Of a stretch of DNA of 64,000 nt, positions 37,832 through 50,801 are shown one piece after another. The notes beneath the pieces are model-generated. The model did no database searches and was not told where the DNA came from. It worked only from the letters and a program-made list of their open reading frames with translations. Position 1 is the stretch's first letter. Every line of letters begins with the position of its first letter. The position numbers and the translations under genes are program-made. The stretch is from NCBI RefSeq assembly GCF_037042905.1, contig NC_087246.1, positions 9,612,001 to 9,676,000 on the forward strand. The letters are read 5' to 3'. The DNA comes from Lytechinus pictus (Eukaryota).

Positions 37832-39094
37832 CTCACCAGCTGTAGAAAGTTGGAAACAAAAATATAAAGTAACCATATTGCATTCTTTCTTTCTAAATCA
37901 TCACCATTGGTCTTTTCTTTTTCTGCACATTTAAGATGTAGAGCTCTATACCTACAAATACCACATGTTGTCCCAAAGAACACGAGAAAATAAGTCAAAC
38001 ATTGCTAACCTTATTTCCCCACACAGGGAGTCCGAACAGAGAACAAGGATGTATCATAACCTTGTTCATCGAATGAGTGGAACAATTAAGGTTATGATAT
38101 TGGTTTCCGTTAGTGTTAGGAATCCCTGTGACGGGAAATAAGGTTAGCGCTTTTTCTTGTTTTGGGGGACAAATGCTCGATTTTTCTACACTGTCTGAAG
38201 TAAATTGAATTCTTTTATTTTCATAAATTTAAAAGATTATTGACCACTGAATTATACCATGTTGTTGACTGACGATTTCTTGCAAATACACTTTCCACCA
38301 ATAGAGGGCCTTAAAACTACATTTTTTAGCACTCTTGTGAATAAGAAAGAAAAAAATCCCCAAATTACTAATGAAAAATAAAGGGCAACTATATGGAGAT
38401 TAGTATTTTTGGTTACAAAACTTATATTTCAAAGAATATTTTAAATACAGTTGAGGCCAGAAGTTCAAATACACCCAGGAAATTAAAAGAAAAGTTGACA
38501 CTTGCCAAACATCAATAAATTTACTGTATCTTATAAAATATTTGTGCTATCTTGACAAATTTGATATCAAACAAATGAGTACGTCATGCCCCTTCATCAC
38601 ATTGCTTTGTCATCAGGAGCTGGAAAATATCTAGGTGTCATTTCCCCAAAAAAATTCTTCATATTTTAGACAAATTAAAAATAAAAACTGGACAAAAACA
38701 TTTCATATCTGTGCTAGTTCTTAACACAAACATTTTAGATAAGGGCCTACACTTTTTTGTTCAGTGGTGTCATATCATAATAGAAAACGTAATATAAATC
38801 ATAGATTTTCCATTTATATACTTCTGTGAAACGATGTTTGAAAAAACAATAACAATAATACATTTGGCATGAATATTCCTTTTTTTTCTTCAAAGAAAAT
38901 TCCACCTGAAATATACTTTAATCCCAACGGCATCTCTCTTTCATTTGATACTAAATTCGTCATGGTAGTAATTATATTTCTGAAGATATAGTAAATTTTA
39001 CGATGTTTGGCAAATGAACAAATTTCACTTGTCCATGGGTGTATGTAAACTGAAGATGGCTTCAACTGGATCGCCCAGGCATAGATCTACCTTA

Positions 39095-40280
39095 AGCCCC
39101 TTTCACAATTGACGTACGACCATTTGCGACCTTTTGGTCGTGCGACAAGCTGCAACAGGCATCAATCGCTAGTCATCTCATAAGATCGCACAGAGGCTTT
39201 CACAGTTGCAACAGCTGTCGTACAACAAAAACAACCAGTAAACCCCGTTGCACGAGTAAGTCGCATATGCTCTTATTGTGCTCGTGCGATCACATGCGAG
39301 TGTTGCACGAGGGATTGCGAGTGGAACGGTCGCATACATGCGAATGAAATGGTAGTGCAATGTTGTAAGCCGTTGCGATCGGTCTTGCAACAGTCTTATG
39401 GCCCATATTATTATCGCAACCAGTCGCAAAACAGGTCTCTGTACATGTAGGTCGCTTGCACATGTGCAAGTGTTGCACGACCTCCAGTCAAGTAAATGCG
39501 ACTACTTAGTTGTGCCACCTCTCGCACCAAGTCGTACAACGTTGAACAACACTCGCACGATGATCGCCCGACCGATGGTACGACCCCGGGTACGGCCTGA
39601 TGCGAGTGAATCGATCGTATTTGATCGCGTTCGGATTTTGAACATGTTCAAAGTTCAGATGTGACCAGCCACGACCACCTCGAGTTCGTGCGACCGTCTA
39701 CAACGACTGCGAGTGCTCGCAAGACACCAAGAGATCGATCGTGCAACAACAAGAAAAAACTGTTGCAGGCGGTCGTAAACTGGTCGGGCGTCAATTGTGA
39801 AAGGGGCTGAACGGTCGCATACATGCGAATGCAACGGTAGTGGAATGTAGTAAGCCGTAATTTCGATCGGTCTTGCAACAGTCTCATATTATCGCACCCA
39901 GTCGCAAGACTGGTCTCTGTAGGTCTCCAGCACATGTGCAAGTGTTGTACGACCTCCAGTCGACTAAATGCGACTATACTTAGTTGTGCCACCTCTCGCA
40001 CCAAGTCGTACAACGTTGAACAACACTCACACGATGATCGCCCGACCGATGGTACGACCTGTTGCGAGTGAATCAATCGTATTTGATCGCGTTTGGATTT
40101 TGAACATGTTCAAAGTTCAGATGCGACCAGTCACGATCACCTCCGACCACCTCGAGTTTGTGCGATCGTCTACAACGACTGCGAGTGCTCGCAAGACACC
40201 AAGGGATCAATCGTGCAACAACAAGAAAAAACTGTTGCAGGTGGTCGTAAACAGGTCGTACGTCAATTGTGAAAGGGGCT
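39095..40280. mobile_element. PIF/Harbinger-like MITE with duplicated 3' part
   Basis: agcccctttcacaattgacgtacgacc / ggtcgtacgtcaattgtgaaaggggct, flanked by tta/ata. An internal right TIR ends at 39808, followed by a repeat of ~39324-39808. Confidence 0.8.
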
Positions 40281-40496
40281 ATAGGCAGGTGCAGGATCGT
40301 GGCCGTGGCAGCTGCAGTGAAGTTCAGTTGCCCCTACCATGGACCTAATAGTATAGGTCCATGCCCCTACCAAAGTCAAAACTCGAGTCGACTAGTTGTT
40401 CCAAACTGCTTATGACTAGCATATATATATAGATTCTAGTTTCTAGACCGTACCCCAGTCCCCCACCCCAACATTTATATCAAAAATACTACTCAC

Positions 40497-40620
40497 AAAT
40501 ATACGTCGTAAACCAGTTGTCCAGCAGAATGTTTAGTTACTACTGAGAGAATTCACTCGGCATCGCGAGTTCGATATGTTGGAAGCTCCTTGATGCTAGC
40601 CTTGCAATAAATGTTGGTTG
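40497..40620 (-). other. Candidate non-coding first exon of TPMT
   Basis: GTGAGT donor at 40496-40491 in CpG-richer unique sequence. The first coding exon has an acceptor only 8 nt before its ATG, so an upstream exon is expected. Confidence 0.4.
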
Positions 40621-41095
40621 TTTAATTGTCGGTCGAAGCCATCATTACGTAATGAGGAGAGTCTAGTCTGCGCACTCACAAAACCCTGACCAGACATTTA
40701 ATTCGAACCGGTCACTAAGCAACTAATCTACGTTGACAAAGCTTACATTTCACAGTAATTATTACTGTATCAATAAAATAATAGAGCGGCCACAATACGG
40801 AATCCCCAATTGACACAGTTAATTGTTTTATAAGAAACTTTACTGAAGTCTTCTTACATAATTTGCTTTGCACGGTCTGAGCTGGTAAACTAGTCAGAGA
40901 GTTTTCGCAACGCAGAACGGATTTTGAAAACAGTAAGCTAACAGAAGTTTCGGAGCTTACTTCTTCTTTCCTTGGTTTGATGGCAACCAGTCAGAATGGA
41001 CTATTTTTGCCACAGCTTATAGAATTCGGCCTCTTTTACATATTTTTAGTTATATTTTTTAATCTTTTTTTTTCTTGTTTTACTTTCTTATTTAA

Positions 41096-41699
41096 GGGAT
41101 GGTCCGGGCTAAAAATATTTGTATCTAAAAAAATTGAGTAAATAAAATTCACTGAGCAAAATGGTGAAAATTTCATCAAAATCGGATAAGAAATAAAGAA
41201 GTTATTGAATTTCAAAGTTTATCAATATTTTGTGAAAAGAGTTATATGCACATCGTCATGAATATTCATTAGGTGGGCTGATGATGTCATATCCCCACTT
41301 TCCTCTTTCTTATGTTATTACATGAAATCATAATTGTTTCACGTTTTTAATACGTGTGTAAATGATGCGTCTCCATTATGATGAAATAAGTTGCGGCAAT
41401 ATAAATAACTAATGCACGTAATCAGTTGTCAATCAAATTGTTTTAGTTCTTGGTAGAATATTTTTGAATAAGCCCAATTTCATATAATAAAATACAAAAG
41501 AACAAGTGGGGATATGACATCATCAGCCCACCTAATGAATATTCATGAAGACATGCCTTGAATGTTTCACCGGAATAATGCATATCTTTATAATTCAATA
41601 CCTTCGTTATATCCGATTTTGATCAAATTTTCAGCATTTTGCTTTGTGAATTATACTCTATTTATTGAGATATAAATATTTCCAGCCTGGACCATTTCT
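41096..41699. mobile_element. Kolobok-like MITE
   Basis: TTAA|gggatggtccgggct ... agcctggaccatt, palindromic arms. Homologous to 48775-49616. Confidence 0.7.
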
Positions 41700-42363
41700 T
41701 TTCCTTTCCGTTTTTCTTTTCCTGTCTCTCAATTAAGTTTTCTTTTTCCCTCTTCTTTTGTATTTTTTTTAAATGTACATTTGTTTTGCATTTACTGATG
41801 CTGTATGCCACAGCGCAGAAAACAAAAGAAAACTGGATTTGGGCCTTGAATACTCTAGATTTTTCAATCATTAAAAAAAAATACATCCGAAACCTAAATC
41901 GTGGGATGAAAAGTGCAGAAATTAAAAAAAAAAAGACTTTTCATTGTTAATAATGTAAATGGCATTAATTGCGACTCTGGGAAGGGAAAAATAGAAAGCG
42001 AAAAGGGGAAAGGAAGAAAGGAAGAAAAGAGAAAGGAGAGAACAGAAAGAAAGGAGAGAGGAAAGAAAATAAGGGCAAAGGAGGGGCAAAAAAGGGAAAG
42101 GAGAAAGATAGATAGAGAGAGGAAATAAATCTGAATCTGAATCAGACGGAAAAAGGGAAGGGAGAATGGAAGAGAGGGGAGAAAAGGATCGAAGATGGGA
42201 AATAGAAGAAGGGAAAGGAAAAAGGTAAAGGAGAACGGAAAGAAAGGAAAGGGGAAAGGAGAGAGAAAGAGAAGGGGAAAAATAGGAATGGTGAGAGAGA
42301 TGAAAAGATAATGAAATGGAGAGGGAAGAGAATACATGGTACAGGACTGGTGTCGATCAGTGT

Positions 42364-42613
42364 CACTAGCGTACCTACGGGGGGGGGGCAGACTGCCCCC
42401 CCCCCTGACGAGTCACAACCCGGCAAGGGACATATCCCTGCCCCCCTGTCGAGTCTTGAAGACCTTTTTTTTTTTTTTTGCTTGTCAAATTTATTTCTGG
42501 TACGAAATCCTTTATTTGTGGTTGAAGACCTTTTTTTTTTTTTTTGCTTGTCAAATTTTTTGGCGGACGAATTTGCCCCCCCCCCCCTGTGGAAAATCCT
42601 AGGTACGCCACTG
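42364..42613. mobile_element. hAT-like MITE, 8-bp TSD (same family as 25618)
   Basis: atcagtgt is duplicated at 42356-42363 and 42614-42621. Termini identical to the 25618 copy. Confidence 0.88.
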
Positions 42614-44575
42614 ATCAGTGTTCATGGTTGGGGATGACTTTAAACACTAATATATTCTCCACTTATTTCACATCATAAACCGTAATAAAGAAAACTAACA
42701 AAATGAAGCGACATTTAAAAATGCGCATGGTTAGAGGAGGGGCAAATTTAAAAAAGATATAGGGTCATGTGACTCATGTATTTAAAAAAAATTAATGGTA
42801 TTCTCTTTTATACTGGATTTTCTTTCTCAAATCATTCGTTTCTAACAATTTCCGGAAAAAGGGAATGATTTCATTCAATACCACGTCAATTAGTTTAACG
42901 TTATAACCAATCATTAAAAACTACAAAGAAAGACACCCTCGGTATAATAGTTCCAGAAAGCTCATCTCCTCTTACCCAAAGCACGTATAACTAATATAGG
43001 TCCATACCCAAAGAAAATATCCGATGTACCGGATGCTTTCCTTTCTCTCTTCTTTGACCCCCCCCCCCCTCTCTCTCTCTCTTTCTCTCAAAATCACTTT
43101 CCCTCTCGCCTGCCTCTTTCCTCCTAACTCACCTAACACATAGGCGGATCCAGAGGGGGCCCGAGCCCCCCCCCCCCCCCTATTGGCGGAGCAAAAAAAG
43201 GAAGGAAAGAAAAAAAGGGGAAAAGGGAGGGAAAAGAGAGGAGAAAAAAGAAGAGGAGGAAGACGAGTGAATAAAATAAGATAAGGGAAAGACTTGGAAA
43301 ATAAAAAGAATCTTTCATATCACTACATAAAATTTTCGCTCGCGCTTCGCGCTCGCATTGCCTATTAGGTGATTTTCATATCATATTTTAAATATCAATC
43401 AAGTTTGGAAGTCAATATGTAAAAAATATTTCATCTCGGAAATTGAACTTTCATTATTTTGTATGATTTACAAATTGATTTTTAAAAAGTGCTCTGTAAA
43501 AAATATCAGTTTTATGGTATATTAAAATTTTCTGCTTGCGCTGCGCGCTCGCACATTTTGATTTAGCAGGTACCTGTTATTTTCGTGTGTTCCATAAAGT
43601 TTTCAAAATTTCCCTTTTCAGGTCTGATTGCAAAAACCTATCAGCAGTCGCTGCACGCTCGCATTTTGATTGGCGAGTTATGTTTGTCTCAATATTGATT
43701 AAACAACAAACTACTTAAAATCCCCTTTTTATGACAGTGTATATATATATACAAAAATATAGGCTCGCAATTTGCGCTCGCATTAATGGTTAAAAACATA
43801 TTAACTGATGCATCCTATTTATAATTAGAGAATTGCTTGAAATGTCTTGATTTCAGGCCACAATATCATCAGATTTCGCGCCCTCATTATAGGCATTAAT
43901 GAATAAGATATTAATTTAATAATTAAATTGTCCCTTTGTTTAATCTCGCGCTTAGCAAGATTAATAGGAAGACAGTCATTATTTTTATATGATGACATGT
44001 CCTAAGGATGTCCCGGTCCTATGTCAAAACTCAAAGTAATTATGATGAAAAAAAAAACATCAGCTCTTTATTAAGTGCGATCCATATCCACCTCACAGCT
44101 ATCCTACAAAGTGCTTGAAATATAGAGTTGAAATTGACTCTTTTTTCAGATCGGAATATCATATAGTTTAAGCTCGCGCTTCGCGCTCGCTTTGATTTTC
44201 ATGATAAAAATGTATTTAGAATGCCTAGATTCTAGGCCTAAATATAAAACACGCGCGCGCATGTTCATAAGATACTCAACTTGTTCTCTTAATTTAAATC
44301 ATTATCCAGTTTCAGATCACATTATCAAAAACTTTCTGCTCGCGCTCGCATGATTAATGTAAGGAAGATTCCCCATTACTCATCATATTCATGATTTACA
44401 AAACATAGAGTGTCTCGTTCAGTAGGTCTAAATCTTGACATTTTCCGCTCGCATCACTTGTTTAGTTTTATACCTATTCTATTAAAATTACAAAAAGTGC
44501 TTAGAATTTCCATTCTTTAGGTAAAAATGTCAAAAAATTTCAGCTCGCGCTATTAGATTTTTAAAATATGTATTC

Positions 44576-47532
44576 AGTCGATTTGACAGTCCCATATAGG
44601 CTCAATACACCATCCTAGAAATGTTCTTTCCGATGAAGTTTTTTTCTTGACTCGTGTTCATATGGGGTCCTAGAACAAATTCAGATTGGTTGCCCAAAGT
44701 TGCCGTTTGGGCAATTTTGCTAATTTGCATAAATCCAAAATGGCCGCCAGATGCCATCTTGAAAACCTAACTTTTGAACCCCTTGCCCCATAATTATGAG
44801 TAATGACTCTTTGTAGGGGTTTAGGGGTGTGTAGAACCGATTTCTATCATCATTTTTGCAATATAAGGCCATCTTCAGGTCAAATCCAAGATGGCCGCCA
44901 GATGCCATCTTGAAAATTGACTTTTGATCCCCTTAATTGCCCCAGAATGACGAGTAATACCTCTTTTCGTGAGTTATTTGGTATGTTGATTCCATTCTTG
45001 TTAATAATTTTGCAATATTGGATCATCTTCAGATCAAATCCAATATGTTCAAGATGGCCGCTAAACGCAATATTAAAAAATACTTCCCGAGACTATTGAA
45101 CCGTAAAGAAGTACTCTCCCTAAAAGCGTACACGCTTTCCTGAAGAGATTGATATTATGTGTAAGAGCTCATTTAAGAGGATTTCAGTAAAAATGGTTCA
45201 TTTCTTTTAATCACTCCATCTTTAGTTCGAAGTTAACTCATGTCTAAGATGGTCAGAAGGTTGATAGATTTCGTCATTAACCGCTCACTTTAGATTGAAA
45301 CAATTTAAGGTTCGGGCTTTGATCTATTTCGGGAGTCCATATCATTTTTTTACGTCCAACTATACTTTTCTAGTGAAAGGACTTCGAAGTGTTATTTGAA
45401 TTAAACAGTGATTTTTCAGAAAATTAGTTAACTTATTACCTTCCTTTATAATCATCGGACTTTTCGTCCTGACAAGAGCAATTGACTTGGTCAGCAGGAG
45501 TGCACTATTTAGCCTCCTGCAGAAGATAGGCTCCCCCAAGACTGTTCCATGGTCGTATCATTCCATGACAACAGTAATGTTTGCTACAACGCTGGAACAT
45601 CTGGTAACTTCACTCAGTTCCTGTAAGCAGAGGCGTTAAGCAAGGCTGCGCCTGGCCCTGACACTCTTTGTGATCTTCTTCTCAATGCTTCACCAGTATT
45701 CATTTGGCGAATGCACAGAAGGCTTCTATATCCGTACCAGAGACCGACTACGTGCCAAAAACAATGGTCAGGATGGTTCTCATTCGTAAGATGTTGTACG
45801 GAAACGATGTCGCCCTTGCCTCTCAAGAAGCGGGAGTACAAGAAATAGTCATTCAGCCGCCTGTCCTGTGCATGTAAGGAGTTTGGATCACCCATCAGCC
45901 TGTGAGACAGAAATCCTGATCGACTCAAGACACTGACTGTCCTCCAGATATCTCTATCAACAGCATGCACTCGTCTGGTTGTGGAGGACTCTTCACCTAC
46001 CTTGGATCGACTATCTGTCTCTAGCTGCTTTTCCCTGGACAATGAGATAAGCACCAGAATAGGAAAATCCGCCACAGTCATGGCAAAGCTGCTGTATGGA
46101 AGTAAGTCCCGGAAAACGTACGCCGACCAAGAAAAGCGGTTAAACACCTTTCATGTCAGCTGCCTCGGACGTATCATGCACATTGAATGGCAGGACAAAG
46201 TAAAAAAATACAGAGGCCTTCAGCGTACGTGCTGGCATCCTCAGTTTATTCTCGCTCTCTAGTCAAAGGCGCCTCAAGTGGTTGGGGGCATGTTCGCCGC
46301 ATGAAACGTTGGCGAATCCCAGAAGCGATTCGCCCAGGTGAGGTGAGCTGTGTGATTGGTCTCATCCCAGCTACACCTGCAAACGTGACATAAAACTTGC
46401 CGGCATAGACACTAACACTTATGAAGATGTAGATGATAGTCACCATTCTATGAAGAGCTACTAAGTACAGGGGTCAAGACGTCAGGAAATAATCGGAATG
46501 CTAAATTGGCAGACCAAAGACCGAGGAGGAAGGCTAGGACAGCATCTCCATCTAAACCTGTCTCAGCGTCATTCTCCTTCATCTGCATGATGCCTACCAA
46601 TCATATGACACATTGATTTCGGAAAAATATGGAGAAAACACTTTCAAATTCAAATAAGACTCTAAAAGCCTCTTCAGTACAAAAGTATGGATGGACATTA
46701 AACAACTAAAAATATACGCGAAATGGATCATAGCCCAAACCTAAAGAGGGTTCATTCTAAGGTGAGCAGTTAATGCCGAAATCTCAGATGTGACTCCACC
46801 TTGACCTAAGACTTGGGAATTAACAAAACAAATGAGTATTCTTACTGATATCCCTTTACATTAGCTCTTACACGTAAAAACCTCGGAATGTATTATTTCA
46901 AGATGGCGTTTGGCGGCCATCTTGGATTTGATCTGAAAATTTTCCTTTATGCAAAATCACAGCATAAATTGAATAAACATACCAAATGACTCACGAACAG
47001 AGTTATTATTCATGATTCTGTGGCAAAGGGTTCAAAAGTTAATATTTCAAGATGGCGTCATCTGGTGGCCATCTTGGATTTGACCTGAAGATGACATTAT
47101 ATTGCAAAATAGATAGCAGAAATAGATTCTACACACCCCAAAACCCCGAAACAAACAAAGGTATTACTCATAATTCTGGGGCAAAGGGTTCAAATTTGTT
47201 AATATTTCAAGATGGCGTCATCTGGTGGCCATCTTGGAGTTGACATGAAGATGACCTTATATTACAAAAATAATAACAGAAATGGATTCTACACAACCCT
47301 AAACCCCTAAAAGGAGTTATTCTTCGTCATTTTGGGGCAAGTGGTTCAAAACTTAGGTTTTTAAGACGGCATGTGGCGGCCATTTTGGATTTATGCAAAT
47401 TAGCAAAATTGCCCAAACGGCAACTTTGGGCAACCAAGCTGAATTTGTTCTAGTACCCCATAGGAACATGAATCAAGAAAAAAACTTCATCGGAAAGAAC
47501 ATTTCTAGGTTCGGAAAATGTCAAATCGACTA
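44576..47532. mobile_element. Long-TIR foldback element (AGTCG...CGACTA, Academ-like)
   Basis: 44576-~45100 mirrors ~46880-47532. attc/ttc is duplicated at the flanks. Confidence 0.75.
45660..46590 (+). pseudogene. Degenerate 5'-truncated RTE-clade LINE (RT C-terminus)
   Basis: SLDNEISTRIGKSA, LLYGS, EKRLNTFHVSCLGRIMHIEWQDKV and RRLKWLGHVRRM in shifting frames. Confidence 0.85.
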
Positions 47533-48774
47533 TTCATGGCTAACTGCATGCAGTCTTTAACAGGTACCTTTTCCATCAGTTCATTTCTGCTCGCCCTTTG
47601 CGTTTGTAGTAATTATTTAGTTGAATACACATCTTTTTCAGGATAACAAACATTGCCCAGAATGTTCAAATTTTAGGGAAAAAATGCATATTTAAAAAAA
47701 AAATTAGTTCGCGCTTCGCGCTCGCATTACATGAATAAGGATTATGATATTATATATTCATGTTGATTTATAAGATTAAGCTAAGAAGTGACTATTAGCA
47801 CCACCCCTTCAAAGAAACCAAAAATCATCTTCGAGCGGCCGATCGGGGAAAATATGGCTGAAAAAAGTCCGGGCCCCCCCTATTGGCGAAGGCTGGATCC
47901 GCCCCTGTATCACCCTTCTCTTTCTCTACCAATCCACTCTACTCTACATTGTAATCTTGTACCTAAAAGAGTATTAACAATAATAATACACGCTGGCTTC
48001 TTTGTAAAAATTGCACACTGGAAATTTATTTCAGCTAATAAATCACAATCCATGTTTATAAAATCGCAAATTTAAAAAAATGTAATGAATAGGCCCGAAT
48101 CTTTATAATTATGTAGAGCATAAAACAATGATACTGGCCTATAAAAATACTGAACAATGATTGGCTATAGTGATTTTCAGATCATACATGTACATTTATT
48201 ATTATTGTAAAATATTAGAAAAAATGAATATGTATATTTTCTTCACAATTCTGGAATCAATGAAATGTACACCATCGTTTTCATATAAAATTAACTAAAA
48301 TGCTAAATGAATTATTCCAGCGATCAGAAATGAAAAAAAAAAAAACATAATAATACAATGTAGTACTGCATCATATTTGTTCACCCATCAAGTTGTCGTC
48401 TGAAAAGGTGTCAGACTTGACAACTTCCTTACTTTGACCATGCATGGACCCTTCTTATATGGTCCATGGTCCAACTACTGTCGGTCAGTAACGTAATGTG
48501 CAAAAACTTTGAGAAGAAGAGCATGGTGTATGGGATGATGTAGCGACAGAACCCCAAAATTGATTTTGCAGTTCTGGAGTTATATTCACTTCAATTTCAC
48601 GTTTTCTATAACAATAATGTAAACATATAATCAAAATATAATTTTGTGACGGCTTGATTTCAACATATCCAGAAATAAAAATGATACTTTACAATACCCT
48701 TTCCCCTTTCATTGACCACATAAAGTTATCGTGCTGAGCAAGTAACAATGAGAAACCCGTGTATTGGGTCTTAA

Positions 48775-49616
48775 AGGGATGCTCCGGGCTGAAAATATTT
48801 ACATCTAAATAAATAGAGTATACACACAGCAAAATGCTAAAATTTTCAACAAATTCGGATGACAAATAGCGAACTTATGGAATTTTAAAGCAATATATTG
48901 TGAAAACAGTTACATATGCACGTTGCATGAATATTCATTAGATGGGCTGATGGATGTCACATCTCCACTTGTTTCATTTTTTCATAGATGTGTGAATGAT
49001 ATCCTCCATTATTATGAAATAAGATGCAGCAAGAAATGATTAATGCACTTAATCAATTGTCAATCCAATTGGTTTAGTTCTGGTAGAAACATTTTGAATA
49101 AACCTAATTTCATATTTTATAATGAAATACAAAAGAACAAGTGGGGATGTGACATCATCAGCCCACCTAATGAATATTCATGAAGACATGTCTAGAACTG
49201 TTTCACCGGAATAATGCAAATCTTTGAAATTCAATAACTTAGTTGTTTGTTATCCGATTTCATATTTTATAATGAAATACAAAAGAACAAGTGGGGATGT
49301 GACATCATCAGCCCACCTAATGAATATTCATGAAGACATGCCTAGAACTGTTTCACCGGAATAATGCAAATCTTTGAATTTCAATAACTTAGTTACCGGT
49401 ATTTGTTATCCGATTTTGATCATATCTTCAGCATGACGCATGTATGAGCTAATCTTCTATCGTGTGATGTTTCAACATCAAACTTTTAAAATTAATTTTT
49501 CCATTTTTTGGACAAATTTTCATCAAACCCTCACCAATGTTTTTCTCTGATTTTTCTGCTTTCATTAAAAACCAACTTTAAGTTGGCTATAAGTTATCTT
49601 ACGGAAAAGCATCCCT
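48775..49616. mobile_element. TTAA-flanked Kolobok-like MITE with internal duplication
   Basis: TTAA|agggatgct ... agcatccct|TTAA. 49110-49260 is repeated at 49260-49410. Confidence 0.7.
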
Positions 49617-50801
49617 TTAAGTGTAACATGATAGAGCATAAAGTACGAAATGAAGCTTCATATAATTCAAATGAATATAAGAAAAAGTCATAAAAAATAT
49701 AGGAAATAAGAGGTGTTCCATTTACCATTAATAGAATATTAGAATACCATATAAAGAGTTTAGAAAACCCAGACTCAATGGACTACTCATCAAATCCCCT
49801 TTTTACTCTCAAAATGACAAATTTATGACATGCCTAATATTTCAGAAAGTAAAGCAGACGACGTATAATGATGCTCAAAGGTTCAACTTTCTACTAATAA
49901 ACCTTTCCAGAAAACATATTTATACTAAATTATTTATGTTAGTCTGGGTGACGACATGATTAAGAAAGGCATAGCTTATAAATACTACGAACAAGTTTTG
50001 AAAAAAACCCATTGGCCCGAATTCTTTATGATGGTTTAAATGCAGATTCTTGTATTATCACTCTTGATTCAGACACGAATTTATCTGGCTTTGTCAACAC
50101 CATGCTTAATAGACTATTCCAGTGAATGCAATGAAATATGTATGATAAATTATTATAATGTACATACAATCTGCAATAAGGTTATAATTTTGTAACATGG
50201 CCACAAACCATCTTTGTGAATTTGGGCCTCTTTTATATTGCTGAAAATTAAACTAAGAGCATCTTATCAGGCATCAATATCCCATAATATAATATAGGCC
50301 TAAAGAAGTGCAACGTATGTGTAGTGTACTTCCACAACATGTTAATCAACTTTCACATGGAATTCATTAAAATACTACCTTAATGACTTTTTTAACATTA
50401 ATATTTGGCTTGAAACTTACTGATAAAGCACAATCAAGTAACTCCTGACTGTATTCTTGTATTAGAACATTTCAATTTTTTGAACATTCCCAACAGTTTA
50501 AAATTATGTTTATTTCATGGGAGATTTTCAAGGATTCCTGGGAAGTTTGCAACCATAAAGTCATAAACTGAAGTATTGGTGAATCTGCCCAGTAGGTCCA
50601 TGATCTGCCCGACATCAAAATCTCTTGGGACCCAATAGAGGTGAAATCTGACCTGGAAGACATACTTTGCCTGTTCTGGTCTGAAATACGTCTAAAGGAA
50701 GTGTTCCCAGTTCCACATAACCAATTATTTGACCTACTGTATATTGGAAAGGCAATTTTATTGGTGCAGTACTTCAATGCACTCTAAAACACCATTCACT
50801 A

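Larger units (their letters stand above)
43139..47907. mobile_element. hAT-like non-autonomous element with gcgcttcgcgctcgca repeats, carrying nested insertions
   Basis: cataggcggatccag / ctggatccgcccctg termini. No clean TSD. Confidence 0.6.

Noticed and set aside
39178..40348. Several overlapping ORFs up to 142 aa
   Set aside because: All lie within the Harbinger-like MITE repeats, with no transposase or Myb/SANT motifs.
41894..42337. Hydrophobic 147-aa ORF
   Set aside because: Low-complexity purine/pyrimidine tract.
50472..50790. Open frames on both strands downstream of the SRPBCC-like gene
   Set aside because: No recognisable motif or consistent splice context; probably 3' UTR.
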